A stretch of DNA of 62,936 nucleotides, the filler included, from Pirum gemmata (Eukaryota), in the NCBI GenBank assembly GCA_002812295.1. It is 14 parts of 14 records of this genome, joined end to end, with 100 filler letters (N's around TTAATTAATTAA, not from the genome) between each part and the next. Parts side by side here need not be neighbours in the genome. Positions count along the whole stretch, not along the records: positions 22,508 to 26,912 come from PDIN01001185.1; positions 27,013 to 31,403 come from PDIN01001186.1; positions 31,504 to 35,919 come from PDIN01001187.1; positions 36,020 to 40,486 come from PDIN01001188.1; 10 more parts are not named here. The stretch is one strand, 5' to 3'. The notes under the pieces are model-generated. The model was not told the DNA's origin. It saw only the letters and a list, made by a program, of their open reading frames with translations, and did not search any database. Every line of letters begins with the position of its first letter. The stretch's first letter is position 1. Below are positions 25,085 through 39,495 of the stretch, one piece after another. Position numbers and translations under genes: made by a program.

Positions 25085-26429
25085 TTAATTACAGTCTATC
25101 CCACTCTAATATTCCACAGTAGGGGTGAGATGACGTCATTTTATTATTACCGAACAGCTGCCGGAACTTTTCCGATTTTATGGTTTTTATTATTATTAAT
25201 GTTAAAATTATTACTTTAATTGGTATCTACTATAATTAGATTTACTATTTTAAGCCATTCAACTTCTATTATTAGTAAAAATACGGAAATAAGGTTGGCT
25301 CGATAAGCATCTGTTCGAAAAAAGTTCCAGTAGATATCTCACCCACTCATGAAACTCCAAGCCAACTCCCTCTAGCTAGCTAGCTAGTAGCTACTCCAAC
25401 TCCCAACAGCTTATAAGTAAAAAAACTTGAAAAAACTATGCTCTAACTTGAAAAAATAGCAGTCTAGATATCTAATTTATCACCTTAAACCTACATCTGA
25501 GAGATTTTTTTTTCAGGGTATAAACAGCTCGATTATATTTATGAAATAATGACAATTTTGAAATGATATCCCTTTTTTTTTTTCGAGTTTCAAGTTTTCT
25601 CTATTAAAAGTGAAACTTAAATTAGATCGAAAACTTTCGAACTAGTCTCGATTCGATGGTACTAGTAGCTAGCTAGACTAGCTATCATACTAGTGGTAGC
25701 TATCGAAAGTATCGATAGACTATCGATAGTATGATAGAGGCTTTGAGATGTGCCAACAACCATTGAGAAAAGGTTTCAAGAAAACGAGAACAGTTACTCC
25801 TTTCAAATTTCTAAAAACAGCCACCTGTTCAGAGGTGGCCGTGATTATATCGACACTTTTATTACATGATAAATCATTTTATATAATAAATAATATTATC
25901 GTGTTTTTCAATGTTCAAAAACTGAAACAAAAATACGAAATTATTATCATGGTTAATTAAACTATCAGGCATGTTTTAATTAATTCCGCATTTTATATTT
26001 AATTAATGTTGTATTAATTTTACAAACAAATTCAATTATACACTTAAACCACAACAACTGTAATGAAATAGCCGATATATTATTATAATTACTTTTAATT
26101 TCATAAATGTCATAGTCTATTTAATTAATTAGTCGATTTCTTTGTCTATCTGATCATATAAATTATTATTATTTTATGAATAGACTAGTACTAGACTAAT
26201 ATGCATGTATTAATACAAATAAAAAAAAAGTCTTTAGAACAGCCTTTCAGAACCTAGGAAAAGTACCCAATTATTGTAATTATACTTATTAATTAATAAC
26301 CCGATAAATAATGTTTTAGTTTATTTCCTACCTTTTTATTTTTATAAATACCAAAAATTTTTTAAAAAAACTTTCGTTTTAAAAATTGTGCAATAATATA
26401 CATGTACTAACAACAACAACAACAACAGC

Positions 26430-26467
<38 letters not shown>

Positions 26468-26718
26468 TAATATAATAACAATTGAAAGCAATCAACAAAC
26501 AGCATACAACAAAGTGCGTGATCAGCAAACAACAAACAAACAACCAACAACGAATTTAAATAATTATTAATAAACAACCAACAACCGGGGATCAACAACC
26601 AACAACCAACAACCAACAACCAACAATCATTTCGAATTCATTATTATTTTTATTATCATTATTGTTATTAATAATATTGATATTAATATTGTTATAATAT
26701 ACTAATACTAATAATAAC

Positions 26719-26749
<31 letters not shown>

Positions 26750-27012
26750 CTATTAATAATAATAATAATAACAATAACAATAATAATAACAATAACAATA
26801 ATAATAAAAATAACAATAATAATAAAAATAACAATAATAATAATAATAATAATAATTAATATAATTATTATAATATTAATTATTATTATAAGTATTATAA
26901 TCTTAATTACATNNNNNNNNNNNNNNNNNNNNNNNNNNNNNNNNNNNNNNNNNNNNTTAATTAATTAANNNNNNNNNNNNNNNNNNNNNNNNNNNNNNNN
27001 NNNNNNNNNNNN

Positions 27013-27051
<39 letters not shown>

Positions 27052-27059
27052 TTTGACAG

Positions 27060-28008
27060 ATTACAAAGTCGGCGTCAAAGATCGATCTCCTCTTCCTCAA
27101 CTAAGTCAATAGAAAAGCCTGTTTTATCTTTTACCTCGTCCAACACAGCATCTATTACCACAGAAATAACACACCAAAATGGTAATGAAGAGGCAGTGAA
27201 TATAGTTAAAAAAGAAACAATTTTAGAAAAGCAAACTAGTAATGACAATAATAACAATAGTGATAATAATAGTAATAATAATAATAATAATGATGATGAT
27301 GACGAAGAAGATATATATGGCTGGCTATTTACTAAAGAAGAATGTAGACCAGAAGGTTACGAGTTAGACAAAGAGGAAAGTAACGAAAAATTTACAGACA
27401 TTTGCATTGTTGAAAATATATCTACTTCAAAACAAACTCTATTAATTGATACCTATAATAATACGAATGATGATGATGGTGATGATGTTGTTGTTGATGA
27501 TAGCGATGATAATGGAATTAATGCAATCTTAAAAAATAGTGTAAACAGTATCAATACTATCATTAGTAGTAGTAGTAGTAGTAGTATTACTAATAAACAT
27601 AAAGTTGATAATAGAAAAAGTGAATCCACCCAGAGGCACAATGATATCAATAACGAAAAAAGTGATGATATAGATAAAAAACAATGGCTAACTGTACAAC
27701 ATTCAGTGAAACCAACACCAGCGAACGTTAGATTAGAAAGAAATATACACAAACTTCAACGTAAACTAAGTGATATAGAAAATCAAGAAAAGAGTTTTCC
27801 AAGTTATACCAAAGTACATTTAGAATTTTTGGAAATAGAAAACATTGAAGATGTCGCTGCTTTTTTAATCAAAAAAATTGAAAGAAAAAATTTAGAATTA
27901 GTGCTACAAGCCGAATTGTATTTAAAACTGGAACAACAAGCGGAACAAAATGCAATAGAGTTAGGGGATCACTTGGAAATGTTAAATGGGGTAGATTTTG
28001 ATATATAA
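27060..28008 (+). CDS. Terminal exon of unknown protein (N/D/S-rich, C-terminal coiled coil)
   Basis: CAG acceptor at 27057-27059; ~315-codon open frame in AT-rich DNA; helical C-terminus RLERNIHKLQRKLSDIE...LYLKLEQQAEQNAIELGDHL. Confidence 0.75.
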
Positions 28009-28695
28009 ATGTAAAATATTATGATTCATTGTATATTTTAATTAATATTACAAATATATTTTAAAATAATATTTTTATTATTTAATTAAGAATAGAATAA
28101 CAATTAACTTTTTTTAGTAAAATTCTAAAATATTGAGAATACTTAATAACTAATAAATATCTTTTATTTCATTAATTGTCCTCTCAATCTTTAATTGGGT
28201 ACTGTTTGAGAATACTTAATAACTAATAAATTTAAATATCTTTTATTTCATTAATTGTCCTCTCAATCTTTAATTTGGTACTGTTTAAGTGTATAATTGA
28301 ACTTGTTTATAAAATACAACATTAAAATTATTTTTAAAGTATAAAATATCAAATTAAGTAAAATATGACTGATAGTTTAATCATAATAATAATTTTGTAC
28401 GTTTATTATTAATACTCGTTTATTTCAGTTTTTGAACTGGACAACACTATTGAAAAACACGACACTAATAAACATACATTAACTCACTTTATTTCTCATT
28501 CTATTCTTAATTAAATAATAAAAATATTTATTTTATTAAAGTATATATATTTTAATGTACAGTAAATCATAATATTTTTACAATAAATAAACAAGGATTA
28601 TTTAAATTTATATAAAATAAAATAAAATAAAAATAAAATAAAAAATCTTAGAAATAAAAGAATATATATTATTAATATTAAGCAAGCGGTTGGAA

Positions 28696-28854
28696 TTACA
28701 ACAAAGAATTAATCATCTGGAAAGGGTTCGAGACATACAACATATTCAAAGGTTGCACTCTGAATAAAACATCAATCGTTTCTACATTTTCCACTCGAGC
28801 CAGGTCCAACTCTTCTAAATTGGTTAAATGGTGAATACTACTGGGTAAATCATA
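28696..28854 (-). pseudogene. Leucine-rich-repeat gene fragment
   Basis: YDLPSSIHHLTNLEELDLARV fits the LPxxIxxLxxLxxLDL LRR consensus. No start codon or acceptor is evident. Confidence 0.5.
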
Positions 28855-29374
28855 ATATATATCGGTACCAATATTATTATTATCAATTATCTATAATTAT
28901 TGTATTCTTTCTTTCTTTTTTTTTAAAAAAAAAAATAATCATTGAAAAATTAAATTTTTTGAAAAAAAATAATATTAATTAATATTAATTTTAAAACCAT
29001 GTAGCTGTATAGTATTATAATATAAACTAAATAATAATAAGAGTATAACTATATCATCTATGAACCCATGGGCGGTGATCCGCACCCATAGACTTTCTTT
29101 TTAAATGCTAATATATATCTACATTGCTGTTGTTGCTATGAAGTTGTTGATTGTTATACGTATAAAGATTAAGTCATGTACTATGTAATTGTCTTCTAAT
29201 AATCATGTTGATAATAATATAGTAAAAGTATTTGAAGAAAGTCTAGGTACCCGGGTCCCCCATATAATAACCCAATAATTATTATAATTAAACCAATTCA
29301 TCATAATATTATTAATAATAATTTTATTAATTTTATTATCACATTTCAAATTTCATTAAATTTCAAAAGAGTTT

Positions 29375-29526
29375 TTAAGCACCATACACCCCAAAGTATT
29401 CATTTTCGTTTTGATCCCTTCGTAAAGTTTGTCGTAATTTTTCTTCCTTATCTTCCTCCATATTACTTTCAATCAATAATAAAATTTTAGTCAACCTTCC
29501 CATGTCATTATTAGAAGATCCACCAC

Positions 29527-29561
<35 letters not shown>

Positions 29562-31117
29562 GCGATATCGTTTAGGTCTATCTCTACTAATTGTCCCAAT
29601 TCATTGGTATTGCTAATTGCGTTATCATTTTTGGACACTGACCCAATACTACCATTGTCATTATCGACTTCGACGATAATATCATTGCTACTAGTACTAG
29701 TACTACTAAGTGATTTATCGTATACGTCATGATCAACAACAACCTCATTTGAATCATGAAAACTATCGTTAATATTATTATCATAGATTTTATTCTTTTT
29801 GTCGACTTTAGTTATAAAAGAACGGTTTTCACAAACCTCCACAACGACATAATCTTGGTTGTCCACACAGCTAGTTCTGAATTTGTGTATCGGTTGCTGT
29901 TGCTGTTGTTGTTGTTGTTGGTTTTGCTTATGATTTTGAATTGTCACATTATTTTTAGTATGTTGAAAATAATTACTAGCGTCAGCATAATTATTACTAA
30001 TATCATGCTTAACAGTAGACCTGTTTGTCTTACTTTTACCCATACTTCGTTGGGATTTTAAGCTAGTAGCCATCTGAGTTTCGTTTCGAGCTTGCTCAGG
30101 ATGAAAATGCATAACATACTGCACATAAAACATTGGACACATCATATCTAAAAAATACATAAGAATAATTACCTGGGTGACAAATTGCTGTATTAAATAA
30201 CTAAACATGTAACGGCTATCGATTCCACGTAGTAAAATGGTTAAAAAGGCACCCGAAAATAACAACAATGCCGAGCGAATATTCAGATAAAAGTCAGAAT
30301 ATTTTTCAGAGTTACTTCTACATTTCCAACTGTAAAAAGATAAACGGATTAAATAAATAGTCAACGCTGCTAAATGAGGCAAGGCAGTGAAATCATGGGA
30401 CATATAACTAAAAGAACAAGTTCCAGTTTCTTTCAAAATCACAGGAATAATAGTAATGAGGTATACTACAAAATCTAGAAGACCATATTTATAGTAAACT
30501 TTAAGCGGAGAGTCTAATGATTTTTGAGAGGTAAAAATTTTGTAAATTAATCTCATACGATAAGTTAAAGCAGCCACATACATTTGCTGAAAAAACATAG
30601 TGATAATGACAAATGTAAACAAAAAATTTTGATTGGTTTTTAAATCTCCAAATTGAATTAAATAACCACCATTTGCCAATACACTAAACACATTGCAACC
30701 AATGCTAGCAATAACCAACAACACTAAACAAAAATTGGACCTACTCTTATATAAAGGATGATTTCTTTTTACGATTAAAAATATAATGATACCGATAGTA
30801 ATGACATTATTTAAAATTGAGGATATGACACAGTACATAAAGTTACGATTTAAACCATCCTGAAGCTGTTGAAATTGTTGGGTATTGGCTTTACTCGCAA
30901 TGGAAACGGAATAGCTTACGTAACCGTTGTATTTGTTGTTTTTGGTAATCAAAATAAGAAAGGGTAAACTACAAGTTAGAAAAAAAAACAAAAAGAGACC
31001 AAAATAAACTACCCAACCTAAAGTTCGGTTGTATTTTCGGTACAAATAATCAGCAACTTGACCAGTGCAAATATTCTTGTTATTGGCTTTAACGCTGGCA
31101 TTATGGACTTTTGTCAT
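29375..31117 (-). CDS. Intronless multi-pass membrane protein, class-C (7tm_3)-like GPCR
   Basis: 580-aa ORF with an N-terminal hydrophobic segment and ~7 more. KRNHPLYKSRSNFCLVLLVI resembles the class-C TM1-TM2 loop (R.HP.IK..S...L.L.G). Long acidic low-complexity tail. Confidence 0.75.
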
Positions 31118-33256
31118 TGTTGGTTCTTTGATTTTAATACTGTTATTATATTATATATTATAGTGATTTTGATATAAAATTTAATATATTTAATTTATTA
31201 TTAAATGTTTTTATTGTTAAAATTTGCTATAACAACAAAAGAAATTTTCAAAATAAATACAAAAAAAAAAAAACTGTATTATTTAATTAATAAGAGAAGT
31301 AACTTGTTTGATTTTTTTGTTTTTAATTTTGTTTTTTTGTTTTTCTATATATTATATTTTTTTGTTGTTGTTGAAAGTTAACTATTTATAATATATTTTT
31401 TTTNNNNNNNNNNNNNNNNNNNNNNNNNNNNNNNNNNNNNNNNNNNNTTAATTAATTAANNNNNNNNNNNNNNNNNNNNNNNNNNNNNNNNNNNNNNNNN
31501 NNNTGATAAAAAATATTTTTATACATAATGAAAAAAAAAATAAAAAAGTAAAAAAATTAACTATCACAAATTCAGTTACAAATTCACAATAGCTATCACA
31601 ATATATCACAATCCTGCTGAGTAGACAATCACAATCTATCTTTGATAGCACTAATTATTTGATACTTGATACTAATTAAACTAATTAATTAAAAGACTTT
31701 AAAAGCTAATTATCTATTTGTCTAATCTTTTAGATTATTTTCAGACAATTTTGAAATCAAATTAATTAACGTTTTTCAAACCATTGATTCATCATATTCC
31801 TAGTAGTAATGATTTTTGCTCTTACAATTATGACCAAAATTATAATTATAAGCTAGTACAGAATTTAATGGGTCCACAGAAATGAGTCTCAATTTATTAG
31901 AGTAAAGTCTTCCAACATCACCAACGGCCGTCGACCACAACGCTATATTATAAATAATGGTATTGATAAATAAAAGCTTAAAAAAGGAACAAATATTTTA
32001 TGGTAAGACCACAGGAAATTTTCCTGTCCTGGTATTTCTGAAAAATTACAACAAATAATCAACAAAGACAATCAAATCATTAACTTTAATATTAATTATA
32101 TGATACGAATCAAAAAATTACTAGAAATAAGTTATTATTCAATATAGTATATAATATATGATAACATATGATATTATCATAATATTTTGAATGTATGATA
32201 TTAGACTATGATAGTGAAGTATAGTGATATGATTTATAGAGAAACTATTATTAGCTTGATTTATCAGCAGTTCATCAACTCTTAATTATTATTATATATT
32301 ATTATGCTCATAAATTGGAATCCTTAAATTCTGGAAAAACAGGATTTTTTTAATATATGTGTGTATGTATATATTTTACAAGATGATACTACGGTAGTTA
32401 TCGACTGTAGACTCTTACTGTCTTAGTCCCCCCCGTTTACGATAAAAAAAAAAAAAAAAAATAGACCGGGTGTCCCAGCGGGGGTCTACTCAGACTACTC
32501 TACATTAACTCTACAAAGAGCCAATAAAATGTTGGGAGAGAGAAATTAGGGCATCCCTCCCTTATTCACCCTCTTTCACCAGTCTTTCACCAGTCTTTCA
32601 CCACTGAAATTGTGACTGAATCATCATCCATTCACCAGTGAATCACCACTGAATCACCACTGATTCACCAGTGGCCCCAGCCCAACTTTGGCCCAGACCC
32701 TGGGCCCAGATGGGGCCAGACCACACTCCCCNNNNNNNNNNNNNNNNNNNNNNNNNNNNNNNNNNNNNNNNNNNNNNNNNNNNNNNNNNNNNNNNNNNNN
32801 NNNNNNGAATCTAGGGGTGAGAATGATTAGTTAGGGCATCCCAATTTTTTTATATATCATAATATAAAAAAATTCTAACTGGGCCTCAAAGACAAAACCA
32901 AAAAAGTTGAAAAAAACAGTGAAAAAACAGTGAAAAAACAGTGAAAAAACAGCTGAAAAAACCCATTATGTGATACTGTTGTGATAGTTTATTTTTTTCA
33001 TATGATCATAACTATAATCATAAAAAAAAAACACCATCATTATACCGGTAGTGCTTTTCACACTGTGCTTTTCACACAATAAATAGTACCAAATAAATAC
33101 AATATAAATCCATTTGATACATTTTGATATATATATTATCATCTATGTATTGATTTTAAAATGTCAATTTAAAGATTATAACCCACCAAATAAATATTTA
33201 GACAAAATAAATGAAAAGCACAATATATTATATTATATATTAAATGATAATGGGAA

Positions 33257-33471
33257 ATTTTCGGACTGGCTCTTTGAAATAATTTACGAATAAATTGCGC
33301 CTTACTAATGACTCGTTTACATCAAAATTTGATTTTAATCGATCAATCCATTCAATAGACTTTACTATTAATAGCACTATGAAATATTTCCAGCTTTTAA
33401 AAAAATTAGTTTCGATCATTTTTGCGCGCGGAAAAATAATATCACGAACACAACGAGCCCGGTCTGAAAAT
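33257..33471. mobile_element. Single-copy MITE-like element
   Basis: Imperfect inverted ends ATTTTCGGACTGGCTC / GAGCCCGGTCTGAAAAT about 215 bp apart. Confidence 0.4.
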
Positions 33472-35418
33472 ACTGAGTACCGGTATCTAAAAACTCAATT
33501 CCAAAAATGGTCAATTCGAATTTTTTTTCTAGAATTTTTTTCGTGGACATTTTTGTTCATTTTTTTTCTGAAAAAAAAAATCCATAAAAGGCTAACTTTA
33601 TTTTGTTGATTTCCGAAAAAAGAAACTACCGGCTACCCAAGACCCAAGAGTCAAGACTCCCCGGCCAAGAGAGTCGAAGAGGTTCACTAGTAGCTAGTAG
33701 CTAGCTAGAAGAGGTTTGGTAGAGTCTAGAGATTTGGAGAGAATCCTTATTTTTCTTGAACCAGATTCGATAAATAATAAATAATAAATAATAAATAATA
33801 AATAATAAATAATAAATAAACCGAACTAAAAGAAGAATCAAACAGGTTATATTATATAATTTACATAACTTATATATTGATCCCTTATATTTATATAAAT
33901 GATAGTTTTAAAAAAACGGGATGAAAAAAAGCAGCTTAGGTTTTAATTATTTTAAAAGACGCAGTTAATTATCATAACCGTGTACACATAGACTAGCTAG
34001 CTAGCTAGTAGTACGCTACTACTAGCTTAGTCTAGAGCTACGCTACTGTTATTATCATTATTTTTTTTTTTACTCAAGCCGAGAATGTTGAGGCTAAAAT
34101 AGCTCTGCTAGTAAGTATTCTACTGTTCTACACACTCTATTCTATTTATACACACAATTTCATCCGCCGGGGAATCATCCCCGGTCATTTTATGCACAAA
34201 AAGAAAAAAGAAAAGAGTCTAGACTAATAAGAAGAGTAAAATAAAATAAAATTGAAATTGACTCTGAAGTGAAATTGACCATAGTGATTAATTAAGATTA
34301 GGAAAATATCAACGTTAATAAATCATTTTCATTATTATCCTTTTAATTAAAACATGTCTTTTTTATCCTTATTATACAACATTGTACTATTATATCTTAT
34401 ATCGTTATATCATTACATCTAATAGTATCATTAATTATAATTAGCATAGTCAATGAAATATTGTCAACATCGTTAATTATCATTATTATTATATCATTGG
34501 CATTAACATTATCGATATTAGTCATAATCATAATCATTATCATCAGCATTGTCAACCATGCATATGGAATCATTTGTTTTTTTTCTTCTTCTTCGTTGTT
34601 GTTGTTGTTATTGTTGTCTTTAATTAAACTATGCTGTTTCTTACTCTAGTGTTTGTATGTTTTCATAGTTTTCGTATGTTTTGTTTATTTAAAAAAAGTA
34701 ACTATTATTTTTATTTTTGTTTTTTGTTGATACTGAAGTTTTTTTTTAACAATTGAAATTTATTTTATTTATCCTAATTAAATCATATAAAAAAAAAAGA
34801 CTTTTGAAACTTTGAAATTTGAAGTCCTTGATATATAAAGTGTAAGTAAACTTCTGCTAGCTAGTAGACTGTAGGCTGTAGCTAGTCTAGCTAGCTAGTA
34901 GATATTAGATTTCTAAAAAGATAAAAGGATTCAAAATTTTTTTTTTCTCATCAGTTTTTTTTCTTATTTTTTTTTTATGCATCATGCATCGAGTATAGTT
35001 AGTACAAACTGTGCAGAGTCTATGTTATGGATATGTTATTATATATTATGTAGACTATTAGTAGTACTCTATTATTAGTATAGTATTATCATATCTGATA
35101 GTTAATTAATAAAAATTTCTGGAAAATTTGTGTAGTACTGACCCCAACTGGGCCATCGATAACCTAACACTAAGTCTAGCTATAATACATAGTGTAAACA
35201 ACAATCAGCAGTTTTTATTCAATTTTTATTTGATGCTTTACAACTAATAATTGAGGATTTTTAGATAAGTAAATAAATAGAAAAATGTATGCAAATTATT
35301 GCAAACTTATTTATTAGATAATACAGAAATGTAATTTGGCCGTTTGTGTTTTTGGTGGGAAACTCAGCATTTTCTAAAGAAGCACGTTATCGGTAGTTTT
35401 ACCGATAGACTAACTACC

Positions 35419-35484
<66 letters not shown>

Positions 35485-36019
35485 CAACCGTTTTTATTAT
35501 TTTATTTTTTTTTATTTTTATTTTTTTTTTTCTCAAATATTAGACCTATGAATCTGCTATGATGTTATAATAATCATATCTAGCAAATATTATCGGATAT
35601 CTATTATGATAAAGTATCGATATTATAATAACTATTATAATATATATAATAAGAACTGCATTTTTATTTCTTATTTTTTTTTATTATTTTTATTTTTATT
35701 TTATGACATATCTTATTCTAGATTTTAAATTTTTTTTCTTATTTTTTTATTGCTAGTTTTTTTATTGTTATTTTATTTTATCTATCACATTTATTATTGT
35801 ATTGAAAATTTTAAATATGGATTCAGATAAAGAAATAGGTGTAGAAACCTCGTTTGAAGCATTTTTACCAGGCGCCGAAAACGATGGTTTGGCATTCATT
35901 ATCATTATCGTTATTATTANNNNNNNNNNNNNNNNNNNNNNNNNNNNNNNNNNNNNNNNNNNNTTAATTAATTAANNNNNNNNNNNNNNNNNNNNNNNNN
36001 NNNNNNNNNNNNNNNNNNN

Positions 36020-36378
36020 TAACCCTAACCCTAACCCTAACCCTAACCCTACCGTTAAATCTAACTCTACTAACTTTAATTATAACTCTAACTCTTATTA
36101 TATTTACCCTAACCTTAGCCCTAACCCTACGGTTAAAACTCTAACTCTAACTCTAACTCTAACCCTTACACTTACCCTAACCCTAGCCCTAATTATATAT
36201 AAACCCAACGTTACCCTGGCTAATAACGTTAACCCTATAGCTAACCCTAACCCTAATTTTATAAATAATACCCTAATCCTAACCCTTACGTATACCCCTT
36301 CCACGGTTCCACCCTGGCCCTTATATAATTACCTTAACCCTAACCCTAAAACCCTGACCTAATTATAAAACCCTAACC
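36020..36378 (-). repeat. Degenerate (CCCTAA)n at scaffold start
   Basis: Perfect units grading into CTCTAA/CCTTAC variants. Confidence 0.85.
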
Positions 36379-37383
36379 GGTACCGTAGCCCATAACAGGA
36401 GGGGTGACACCCACTATGTGTTACCACATAAGAGTGGCCTCTTGTCTGGGAGCTACTGCTAGCTAGCTAGTAGCTAGTAGTGTCTGGGAGGATTGGTAAC
36501 GAAAAACCAAAGAAAAAAACAGTTTCGAAAGTGTTTCGAGTCACTATTTTTTGCCTATTAAAATTTAATCATCTAACGGGCCGGTTTTACCTTATATGGT
36601 AAATGTTTACCTTAATAAGATAGTTTTGGAGGTAGGTACATTGAGAGTGTCATAACAATGACATGTTAAACCCTACCTAGACCCATTAAAAACCCTAACC
36701 CTAACCCTAATTGTAACCCTTACCTTATATGATAAGTTTTTACCTTAATAAGGTAGTTTTGGAAGTATGCTCATTTTACAATTTCTTTGTCCATGAAGGA
36801 AAAGAGGTACATTAAGGGTGTTATCCCTCCTCCATAACCCTTGGCCCATTAAACCCTAACCCTAACCCTAATTGTAACCCTATCCCTAATTATAAATTTA
36901 TAACCATGCAAAAGAAAACAATCAATAATAAAAACTTAGCTATTATAATTACGTATATGTATTACAAAAGTGCCAGTATTCGCACAATTTGTCACTTTTG
37001 TCGCAAAAAGTATCTATATAATATAATAATATATATACTTAATTAATTAAGCCATAATAAAAATAATAAAAATAATATGCATAATATAATATATATAATG
37101 CATATAATTATTCATATGAATCTTTCTTTCGCTTTTTAAAACAGGAAGAAGGAACAATACATAATATTATATCATTAATTAATATTATAATAATAATAAT
37201 ATATTACATATATATTGTATATGATTACATTGCAATTACGACATATTTTTAGTCAAATTCAAACATTTATTATCCCATTTATTGCGTAAAGTATACTAAT
37301 TTAATATTGTAACAGAGTGATATAGCTAGTGATAACCTTTTAAATAAAAATTAGCTAATTCAACTAGATATTTTAATATCACT

Positions 37384-37414
37384 ACTAGTACTACTACTAG
37401 TATTAATACTACTG

Positions 37415-37492
<78 letters not shown>

Positions 37493-37626
37493 GATAGCTA
37501 CTACTACTACTGCTACTACTAGTATGTATATACTACTACTACTATGGCATACTGCTACTACTACTACTGCTACTACTAGTACTAGTACTACTACTACTAC
37601 TACGTATACTACCGTACCACTATTAN

Positions 37627-37679
<53 letters not shown>

Positions 37680-37691
37680 GCTGCTGCTACT
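37384..37691. repeat. (CTA)n microsatellite
   Basis: Direct reading; a similar tract lies at 1591-1653. Confidence 0.9.
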
Positions 37692-38796
37692 TGGTGTTAA
37701 TTAAAAAAAAAATTAAAAAAAAAATTAAGAATAATGAAAAATAAAATTAAATGTATTATAATTAGTAATTCTAATTTAGTAATCAATAATTATTAGCAAA
37801 TAAAACAATTAATAAAAAGAGGGAGTACAAAGAAGAAAAATTAGGACCTTATTAGGTAGGTACAAACAACACTTGCACAACACACATTTTGCAAAAGAGT
37901 TGCAAAAACTTTGCAAAAGCTGCAAAAGTTTAGTAAATTTCAGGGCAAAATATTTTAAAAAAATAGACTAAGCCAGATAAAAAAATCACTGATAAAACTG
38001 TAGATTAGACTTCTTTTCTAAAAACCTCGAATAAAAACTAGCCAAATTATTTTTAAAATCTAGTAATTGGTTCATAATAGAGTTTTTTAGTTAAAATTAT
38101 TTCTCAAATTTTGGTAGTACTTTTATTAAAATTGAATAATTTTGAGATTTTTCTGATTTTGAGCTCATGGCAGATGTTGCCATCTTTATCCGACTTGTAA
38201 AGTTAAATAATAATAATAATAATTCATAAATAATTTTATATAAATAATTATATACGAGGTGTCGGAGAGAACAAAGTGATATAAATTGTTATTTTCATTC
38301 TTATTTGGAATATACTATTAAATTTGGAAAACAATGCACCCAAAAATGACTCAGATTATTACTTTTTTAAAAAACACTCTTAAAACGCACCATTTTTAAA
38401 AGTTGAAAATCCTAGGTCGAAAATCCTTGAAGTTTGGTTTTGGGGAATCTCTGTGTCCACAAGACTTCCACAAGGCTGTATATTTATATTATATTATAAT
38501 ATTATACTGTACTTTTCAGTTATTATCAAATATATTTTATTATAATATCTACGACATTGTATTGATTTAAAATGTCAATTAAAAGATTATAACCTTCCAA
38601 CAAAATAAATGAAAAGCACGATATTTATAATGAAAGTGTCATATTTGAAAGTTATTATGATTAAATTATGAGACATGTTTTAATTATTATTTATGAACAA
38701 GTTCAAGTATACACTTAAACAGCTTAAACAGTATCAAATTTTAAAGATTGAGAGGCCAACTGTAATAAAATAGACGGTAATAATATAATAAAAATG

Positions 38797-39021
38797 AATG
38801 GAGGGGGGAGAGGGGTTGCCACTGGGAAGAGGCGAGAAAAACCATCGAATCGAGACGAGTTCGAAACTTTTAAAAATGTTCGATCTAATTTTAATTGGAA
38901 TTTCATAGAAAAACTTGAAACTCGAAAAAAAAAAGAATATCATTTCAAAATTGTCACTATTTAATAGTTAGGATCGAATTGTTTGATTCGATTATGTTTT
39001 TCCTGTCTCCCCAGACTCCAT
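38797..39021. mobile_element. MITE-like element (family H)
   Basis: Imperfect TIRs ATGGAG..CTGGG..GAAAAAC.ATCGAATC; the interior recurs inverted at ~25520-25660. Confidence 0.6.
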
Positions 39022-39126
39022 TTCAGGGGTGATACTTCCCCAACTTATATGATAGTGAATGCTGCCGTTGGTGAGCTTGTATCTTATATTATTACACGTA
39101 GGTTTGCATATAATATTAATAATAAT

Positions 39127-39161
<35 letters not shown>

Positions 39162-39303
39162 GGGGAGGTGTCCAACCCTTTGCCCCATAACCAAGGTAGC
39201 TGGGCTAGTAGGGTTAGGATTGTAATAAACGTTACTAGCGGGTTTAAAATAGGGGGTTAATTAAAATGCCAGTGTTAGTACTAGTGTTGGGGTTGGAGTT
39301 AAT

Positions 39304-39495
39304 AAGGTTAAGGTTAAGGTTAAGGTTAAGGTTAATTAAGGTTAATAAGTTAATTAGGTTAAAGTTATTAATAAGGTTACTTAATTTTAAGGTCAAATAA
39401 AAAAATTAAGCTAAGGTTTTAAGGTTAAGGTTTTAAGGTTAAGTTAAGGTTAAGTTAAGGTTAAGGTTAAGTTAAGGTTAAGGTTAAGTTAAGGT
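39304..39495 (+). repeat. (TTAAGG)n telomere-variant tract
   Basis: Direct reading. Confidence 0.85.

Noticed and set aside
29502..30061. Antisense ORFs inside the 7TM gene (likewise 27453-27752, 45647-45856, 55893-56123)
   Set aside because: Shadow frames of real coding sequence.
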